Assembly: GCF_006345805.1 (NCBI RefSeq)
Contig: NC_043012.1
Span: 26,722,001 to 26,786,000 of the forward strand
From: Octopus sinensis
Taxonomy: Eukaryota
Length of the DNA stretch: 64,000 nt
Reading direction: 5' to 3'
Shown here: in pieces, positions 56,201 to 64,000 of the stretch
How positions within the stretch are numbered: the stretch's first letter is position 1
How the letters are laid out: the number at the start of each line of letters is the position of its first letter
Position numbers and translations under genes: made by a program
The notes under the pieces: model-generated
Seen by the model: only the letters and a program-made list of their open reading frames with translations
What the model was told of the DNA's origin: nothing
The model's database searches: none

Positions 56201-56424
56201 GATGATGACGAATGTTTGAGTGGCGATAAAGATTGCAATCGTCGTGAGTAGAATCAGCAACCATTAGCAAGAAACTCTTAGAGTAAATAATTCTCGAAAT
56301 AAACTGGACATTGTACATCTCTTTTTCTATTTTATGAATCAAGTATATTTTACTTGATGAAAATTTTCCATGCAGAAACAATGTAAATATACATTCTATT
56401 TCTCTTTCTCAGTCTTTCACTCTC

Positions 56425-56458
<34 letters not shown>

Positions 56459-56522
56459 TTTTCTTTCTTTGCTTTTCTATGTGTATTTCTCTCTGTGTGT
56501 GCCTTTGTGTGCGTTTGCATGC

Positions 56523-56561
<39 letters not shown>

Positions 56562-56775
56562 GCTTTGTTTTCTGACTTTATTATCATCTTATAATAATCT
56601 CATAATAATGACTTTTATGTCTTTTATACTACCTCAGTCCATCTAAATGTATATATTGTCGTTACCTGTCATAAAAGCCTTTTTTAAAATCTACAATGTG
56701 TATTTTCGTTGATTTTTCATATTTTACCCATATATTTCCACGTGTATTTTATATTTTCTTTTTGTAACATATTTC

Positions 56776-56824
<49 letters not shown>

Positions 56825-56844
56825 TATCTATGAGTGTTTTGAGA

Positions 56845-57164
56845 CCCCCTTCGGACATGACTGACAATGGGATTGCACGTAGAAAGTTACTCCTCGAGGC
56901 ACAAATCCTGGCAAGGTTGTTTATGAAAGACCAGCAGTCGCCCATGCATACCGACCTCCCCTCTCCACGCCACCATTGTTATCCAAGGGAAAGGCAATGA
57001 CCGATACAGCTTGGCACCTGTAACGTCGCAACTCATTTCTACAGCTGAGTGAACTGGAGCTACGTGAAATAAAGCGTCTTGCTCAAGAACACAACACGCA
57101 GCCCGGTCCGGGATTCGAGCTCACAACCTCACGATCGTAAGCTTGACGCTCTAACCACTGAGCC

Positions 57165-57165
<1 letters not shown>
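56845..57165 (-). mobile_element. Family D SINE
   Basis: Reverse complement begins GGCTCAGTGGTTAGAGCG..GAGCTCGAATCCCGG (tRNA head). Confidence 0.85.
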
Positions 57166-57195
<30 letters not shown>

Positions 57196-57239
57196 AAAAT
57201 AATAATAAAATAATAATAATAATAATAATAATAATGATG

Positions 57240-57312
<73 letters not shown>

Positions 57313-57313
<1 letters not shown>

Positions 57314-57960
57314 TAGAGTGTAGAGTCATAGCACCTGTAGAATATAAAGCAAGACATGACAGAGTCGGCCAGTATTTACACTGGACAATATGTCGGCATT
57401 ATAAAATTAAAACTACTGACAAATGGTATAAACACCATCCTGAAGCTGTGACTGAGAGAGAAAATGTATCGATTCTCTGGGACTTCTCAGTCAGAAGAGA
57501 AAGATAGGCAAAAAAGATGTGTTTATTAATTGACATGAGTATTCCTTGCGATCACAATATAGCAGCGAAATAATTTGACAAGATTAGTAAATAGAAGACT
57601 TGCTAATAGAAAAATGTGGCATCTCAAGGCGACTACAGTACCAGTGATTGTAGGATCTCTAGGAATGATAAAAAAAAAAGATACTGAAACCTATTTGAAA
57701 ATGATACTAGGCTTACCATCCCTACAGGAAGTGCAGAAAATCGTGTTAACTGGAACGACTCACGTACTGAGAAGAGCATTATCGCTGTGAAAAAAACATC
57801 CATTCATGAATTTATTTATTTATTAATTTTTAAATACATATTTTACATGTGAATTTGCGTGTGTAATCTGGGAATGCATACAATAAACTTTTCTGCCCTA
57901 GGTGTACGGAAAACACTCGGCGAGAAATCGAAGGAAATTTGAAGAAAGAACGAAAGAAAA
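57313..57960 (+). mobile_element. 5'-truncated R4/Dong-like non-LTR element (REL endonuclease) in (TAA)n
   Basis: YKARHDRVGQYLHWTICRHY..WY.H.PE..ILWDF..LIDMSIP.D..KMWHLKATTVPVIVGSLGMI..LQEVQKIVLTGTTHVLRRALSL*; (AAT)n at 57165-57312 and 57960-58036. Confidence 0.88.
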
Positions 57961-57962
57961 TA

Positions 57963-58039
<77 letters not shown>

Positions 58040-58099
58040 GAGAAATTAAGGCCAACAGACCAGATATACGTGCCTATTTATGACTGAATCTATCAATCA

Positions 58100-58161
<62 letters not shown>

Positions 58162-58174
58162 ATCTATCTATCTA

Positions 58175-58239
<65 letters not shown>

Positions 58240-58245
<6 letters not shown>

Positions 58246-58560
58246 CAGAATGGGACAAGAGCGCAAAACATCCAGATAGACGATACAAAGAAAACAAGGA
58301 TGGGTCATTCGGAGTTCTCTTTCCTCAGTAGAGTTCCAGGCTATCTTTGCAATTTTGGCTAGTTATACTCGAGATTACTACAATCTGACCAGCCCCAAAG
58401 AAAAACTAAGCTAAGGGCATTAGATTCTCTGAAAGAAAGCAGCGAATGTATACGGAAACAAGGACAGGAAAAATGGAGAATGTTACACAAATACAAATAA
58501 CAGGACATAACAACAAGTGTCTTTCGACTAAGGACGAATTAAATGAAGCCGGCAAGGATA
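58240..58560 (+). mobile_element. Unclassified interspersed repeat (fragments also at ~28600-28730, ~58960, and reversed at ~54510)
   Basis: Shared ATACA.AA.GGG.CA.GA.CGCAAAACATCCAGA..GAC.ATACAAA..GGA.GGGTC. Confidence 0.6.
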
Positions 58561-59022
58561 CAAGATTTCACAAGCACAGAGAGGAATATAGATGTTGCAC
58601 AGACGGCGGCCATTCCAAGAAAGAAAGGGCAAGCTTGGCCGAACACTGGTCACGTGGGGAGAGAAGAGAGAGAAATAGAGGCAGAGGGACAGAAGAAATA
58701 AGGAGGGGACGAGAAAAAATGATAAAGACAGAGTGAAGTGAAAAGAGGAGGGAAAGTGAGCATGAAGAGAAGGCACGGAAATGTGAGAGAGGGGAAATGG
58801 AAGAAGGAAGAGTGGAATGAACGAAGTGTGAAAGGTCTGATAGAAAGAAGAAAAGAATAAAAGAATAGAAAGAATAGAGCTGTACAAACTTTAGATAAAT
58901 ATATACTTACATATAAGAAACCAAAGTGTACGTATGCCGCTATATGTTATTATATATAAAAAATACAAAATGGGACAAGAAGGCAAAACATCTAGACACA
59001 CACACACACACACACGCGCCTA

Positions 59023-59060
<38 letters not shown>

Positions 59061-59137
59061 GTTTAAATATTTGTTGTGCAAGATTTTTTATATCACTCTC
59101 TCTCTCTCTCTCTCTCTCATTGATTAATATATATGAA

Positions 59138-59347
59138 TTAATAAATGAAATTCCAACTTGGTCTGACTTTTACATTTTATTCTTTGCAATTTTTACAATT
59201 TTGCAGTTTTATAATTTTGCAATTTTACAATATTGAAATAAACTCATGACGTATGTAGGTACTAGTTTATTTCAATATTGTAAACTTGTAAAAATTGCAA
59301 ATAATAAAACATGAAAATCAGACAAAGCTGGAATTTCATTGATTAAT
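59138..59347. repeat. ~210-bp imperfect foldback palindrome
   Basis: AATGAAATTCCA.CTT.GTCTGA..TTGCAATTTTTACAA..TTTACAATATTGAAATAAACT pairs with its reverse complement around a ~19-nt loop. Confidence 0.9.
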
Positions 59348-59361
59348 ATATTCTTCTGTAC

Positions 59362-59785
59362 AAGGCGGTGGGATGGCAGAAACGTTAGCACGCCGGGCGA
59401 AATACTTAGCGGTATTTCATCTGCCGCTACGTTCTGAGTTCAAATTTCCCCGAGGTCGACTTTGCCTTTCATCCTTTCGGAGTCGATAAATTAAGTACCA
59501 GTTACGCACTGGGCTCGATGTAATCGACTTAATCCCGTTGTCTGTCTTTGTTTGTCCCTTATATGTTTAGCTCCTTGTGGGCAATAAATAAGAAACGTTA
59601 GCACGTCGGGTGAAATTCTCAGTGGTGTTTCGCCTGTCTTTGCGTTCTGAGTTCAAATTCCGCCGAGATTTACTTTGCCTTTGGGGTCGATAAGTTAAGT
59701 AACATTTGCGTACTGGGGTTGGATCTAATCGACTGGCCCTCTCCCACCCAAAGATTTCGGATCTTGTGCCTAGAGTAGAAAAGAA
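59362..59785 (+). mobile_element. Dimeric family C SINE
   Basis: Same two-unit layout as 46165-46545. Confidence 0.85.
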
Positions 59786-60637
59786 TATATATACATAATC
59801 ATACAAACTCGGATACACACACATACACACATACACACACACACATATATATATATGCTTGCATACGCATACATACATACATACAGACAGACATATGTGT
59901 ATGCGCACACACACTAACCCACACACATACGCATTATCCAAGATCGCAGCTTGGAGAACGGACAGAGTCAATGACTATTGAAAAGGTTGCAAGACGCAAC
60001 GAAAATTTTAGAAAAAATAAAGAAGTAAATGAGTGGAAAATGAAACGGTGAGTGTGTTAAATTAATAAGGCAATAAAAGTGAATGACTCTCCCCAGACAC
60101 AACAGAATATGCTTCAACACACGAACTCACATGCACCTTGCAAGCCAAATCCATAAACGAAATATATATTTATATATAAATCAAGGGTAGGACCGAAAGA
60201 ACACAAGGGGAAATCAACAAAATACAACAGGACAAAAGAGTCAGGATCATGCGCAGCCGATTTCCTCTTCAGTCGGTGTTCGGAAAGTCGTTGCAGTTTC
60301 GCACTCATTATCCACGGGACTGCTTGAATACGGCGAGTGCCAGGGACTTAAGCTAAAAACATTAAACATCTGGGAAAGGCAAACGAATGTGTACAAGAAC
60401 AGAAACAAAAGCGAAAAAGCTAGAATTATACACGTACAACAGAACGCCTTTCGGTTATACAACATAAGGAAAACAATTATACATATACGAATACAAATGA
60501 AGTAATAATAGAAAGTGTCTCTCGGCTATCGAACGAACGTAACGTTATGAAATAATAATGCAAGAACAACAGGAAACGAATTAGACACATACAATGTACA
60601 AACGCCTTTCGGCTTACAACAAAGGGAAAATAATTGT

Positions 60638-61719
60638 ATTGGGTTGTCCGGAAAGTTCGTGCCGATTTTTAAAGGAAAGAAAAAGGTCAATAAATACTTG
60701 CCATTACATTTTAATCAACCAAATATAAACTATTTTGTTGCACAATGCGTCTCCATCTTTCCTTTAACTTGAAAGTACCCTCTTCCCAGAATTGAGGTGG
60801 ATCCGTGGCAAAGAATTCATCAAGGTATCTTTTTACGTCATCCAAGGAATTGAAATGATTTCCATTAAGACTATTCTGCAGAGACCTGAATAAGTGGAAA
60901 TCTGAAGGAGCAATATCTGGTGAATATGGAGGGTGGGGTAATACATCTCAGCCGAGCTGCAGCAGTTTTTATCTGGTTCCCAAAGAAACGTGCATGATCA
61001 TGTTGGAAAACAATACCCTTCCTGTTGGCCAATTCCGGACGTTTCCCTTGAATTGCTGTTTTTAACTCATCCAGTTGTGTGTAGTAATTCTCAGAATTAC
61101 TTGGGGGAAGCTCATAGAACAGAATTCCTTTCCGATCCTGCCAGACACAACGCAAGACTTTTTTAGGGTGAAGATCCGTTTTGGGGTGGCTAAGGGTGGC
61201 TCATGTCGTTTACTCTAGGAGCGCTTTCTCTGAACATTTCGGTAGATAATCCATTTCTCATCACCCTGTCACAATTTGCTTTAAAAAAGGCACGTTTTCA
61301 TTCCGTTTATAAAGCGAATCACAGATGGAAATGCGATCCAAAAGGTTCTTCTCACTCAATTCATGTGATGCCCAAACATCGTAGCGATTTGTGTACCCAT
61401 GCTTTACCAGGTCCTCATGAACGACGGATTTTGATAGGTTGAGTCTTTATGCCAATTCTCTGGTTGTGCATTGTGGGTTATTCTCAACTAATGACTTGAT
61501 TTAGTTATCATTTGTAGTGGATGGCCTGCCTGATCGCTCTTTATCAATAAGGCTACAATCTCCATCTCAGAACCTTGCGAACCACTTCCGTACAGTTCTT
61601 TCGGATAAAGAAACATCACCGTAAACTGCGCATATTTCTTTGGTTGCTTGTGAGGCATTTTCCCCTTTACGGAAAAAGAAAAGCATCAAGTGCCGAAAAT
61701 GAACTTTCTTATCTTCCAT
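60638..61719 (-). pseudogene. Mariner (mellifera-like) transposase pseudogene with one TIR
   Basis: MEDKKVHFRHLMLFFFRKGENASQATKEICAVYG..WFARF*DG..RSGRP; KGILFYEL..RPELANRKGIVFQHDHAR; RWRRIVQQNSLYLVD* (stop at 60711); TIR TATTGGGTTGTCCGGAAAGTTCGTGCCGATT at 60638. Confidence 0.92.
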
Positions 61720-62013
61720 TTTAAAGGGTTACAGAATTAACACAGGTTATAGGAACGTAAACTTTCTTCCAGGAAAAGATAGCTTAAACTGTGCTCTAAA
61801 TTGAGGTGTAGGTCAGAGTTCAAGAGGGCAGAGGGATTAAGGAATAGGAGAGAGAGAAAAGAAACCAGAAGGACTAAAGAATGAGAGGAAGGGGAAGAGA
61901 GAGAGGCAGAGAGAAAGAGAGAGAGGCAGAGTGAAAGAGAGAGAGAGAGAGAAAAGGTGTAAGGGAGACGAGCGAGGAAGGAAGAGAGGAAGAGAGCGTA
62001 CATAATATTCAAA

Positions 62014-62062
<49 letters not shown>

Positions 62063-62074
62063 TAAACACACACA

Positions 62075-62240
62075 CATACGACACGCTTCCTCATACTTTC
62101 CGTCTATCAAATTCACCCACGAGGCATTCGTCGGCCCATGCCATTGTAGACGGCACTTAACCAAGGTGCCGTGAAGTGGCACTGAACCCAAACCACATGA
62201 CTGCTAAGCGAGCTTTTAGACCAGACCGTTTTGCCTGCGG
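62075..62240 (-). mobile_element. Family A SINE head
   Basis: CCAAGGTGCCGTGAAGTGGCACTGAACCC on the plus strand. Confidence 0.7.
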
Positions 62241-62372
62241 ATATTTTTTAGGACGAATTACAAATTATTCACAAGAAGCGTTTGGTAATTGATCAGTAGA
62301 ATTCTACACTGTAGAATTGGTAAATTGCCAGCGTTTAATGTCTTCCTTCTTATAATTTTATTCTTTTAAGTC

Positions 62373-62995
62373 AACGAGCTGGCAGAACCATTAGCACATC
62401 GGGCGAAATGCTTAACGGTATTTTGTTTGTCTTTACGTCCTGAATTCAAATTCCGCCGAGGTCGGCTTTGCCTTTCATCCTTTCGGGGTCGATAAATTAA
62501 GTACCAGTTGCATACGGGAGTCAATCTAATCGATTGTACCCCTCCCCCAAAACTTCGGATCTTGTGCCTAGAGTAGAAAAGAATATATTTAAGGTGGTGA
62601 GCTGGCAGAAACTTTAGCACGCCGGGCGAAATGCGTAGCCGTAATTCGTCTGCCTTACATTCTGAGTTCAAATTCCTCCGAGGTCGACTTTGCCTTTCAT
62701 CCTTTCGGGATCGATAAATTAAGTACCAGTTACGCACTGTGTCGATATAATCGACTTAATCCGACTGTCTGTCCTTGTTTGTCTCCTCTGTGTTTAGTCC
62801 CTTGTGGGTAGTAAAGAAATAGAAATAGGTATTTCGTTTGCCTTTATGTTCCGAGTTCAAATTCAGCCGAGGTCGACTTTGCCTTTCATCCTTTCGGGGC
62901 CGATAAATTAAGTACCAGTTGCAAACTGGGGTAGATCTAATTGACTGGACTCCTCCCCAAAAATTCTGAGCTTTGTGCCTAGCGTAGAAAAGAGT
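62373..62995 (+). mobile_element. Three tandem family C SINE units
   Basis: Units at ~62373, ~62590 and ~62830. Confidence 0.88.
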
Positions 62996-63149
62996 ATTTT
63001 ATTCTTTTATTTCTTCCCACTGTTAAACCATTTAAATTATGTTATTTACTCTGGCCCCTATTGTGTTTCTTGCTATTGTTGTCGTTGTTTATATCCCCAA
63101 CTTGATACTCATCAAACTGGCGCTCCGTCTGTTACGGAGCGTTCCAGTT

Positions 63150-63415
63150 GATCGCATCAAAGAAACAGTGTGCTCGTAAAATTAACGGGCAAATGGTAAA
63201 GCACTCCAGAGACATGCGCACGCTTAACGTAATTCTCGTGGAAATTCAGCGTGACACAGGATGAGACGCAGCCGGCTCTTTGAATCTCATCTCATATTTA
63301 CCAGTTTAGTGGACTAGAACAATGTGAAATAAAGTATCTTGCTCAAGGACACAACACCTCACCGAGAATCGACCTCACGTCCTTACGAACGTGAACCGAA
63401 AATCCTAACCACAAA
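63150..63415 (-). mobile_element. Diverged family D SINE
   Basis: AAACAGTGTGCTCG..CTTGCTCAAGGACACAAC..AACCACAAATCC. Confidence 0.7.
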
Positions 63416-63525
63416 TCCACGTTTTCCCTCCACTAATTAAACAGATCTATGTTAAAGGTCATCCCAGCCGTGACTATCCTGTCTTATACTCCAACATTAT
63501 GTACAAGAAACTAAATTATCTTATA

Positions 63526-63644
63526 CAGGCAAGGCCAACCTTTCTCGATTTGCCGCACTACTAAAAATATTAAGGTAATTTTGCGTTGGTGAGACCTTTA
63601 GAAAGGCTGAATGTGGCCCACGCCTCGCAGGTTGTTCATGACTG
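63526..63644. mobile_element. Possible hAT-type MITE
   Basis: CAGGCAAGGCCAACCT and AGGTTGTTCATGACTG imperfect TIRs. Confidence 0.4.
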
Positions 63645-64000
63645 ATGTGATGTATTCTATTTCCCAAGATGGTAGGGTGTGTTTTTGATGTAGATTACTC
63701 TTCTATGTTTAGCATGTCGATCGACCGTATATCGGCGGTTCTCCCATGGTTCGAGAGTTCAATGGTAGTAATTTTGTGGCTAATTAAATTTTGGAATTGC
63801 TGGTGGTGTCGAAAATCATATTAGTTTCTCAATAGCAGCATGTTGATCAGATAATGTGTTAAAAGATTGAGACATGAAGACAGTGGAAGAGATAGATGTA
63901 GAGAAATGTGGGGAGGTATAATTTGAGAAGAGATTGAGAGTTAGGGAATAAATGTAGAGGGGGAAATGAGGAGAGGGGAGAGGGGAGGAATGAAAGGGGG

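Noticed and set aside
60255-60320. Minus-strand CCGA-CUGAAGA-G-GAAA-UCGG
   Set aside because: No helix III or UH cleavage site in any topology.

Overview
Eukaryotic, very AT-rich, repeat-dominated DNA with no confidently identifiable intact gene. The SINE, microsatellite and transposon content resembles an octopod cephalopod genome (inference from recognised repeat types, not a database search). Most six-frame ORFs are microsatellite artefacts. The main signal is RNA-structural. A ~473-bp unit is tandemly repeated about 11 times at 2981-8411 as a head-to-head inverted array inside a (TA)n tract, and every unit carries a sequence that folds as a Type I hammerhead ribozyme (retrozyme-like). It lies next to a decayed Penelope-like (PLE) GIY-YIG ORF on the same strand as its left arm. 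Three more unrelated Type I hammerheads (1663-1746 +, 14112-14164 -, 32906-32995 +) and a hammerhead-like variant in an interspersed repeat (34051, 50620) also occur, all near microsatellites. Other content: a second PLE RT relic, R4/Dong-like REL-endonuclease 3' ends in (TAA)n, a Tx1/L1-like relic, five Tc1/mariner relics, a Helitron-like element, three tRNA-derived SINE families, a ~0.9-kb local duplication, a ~210-bp foldback, and a few isolated candidate exons of an unidentified host gene. Ribozyme calls come from manual base-pairing and have not been tested for cleavage.
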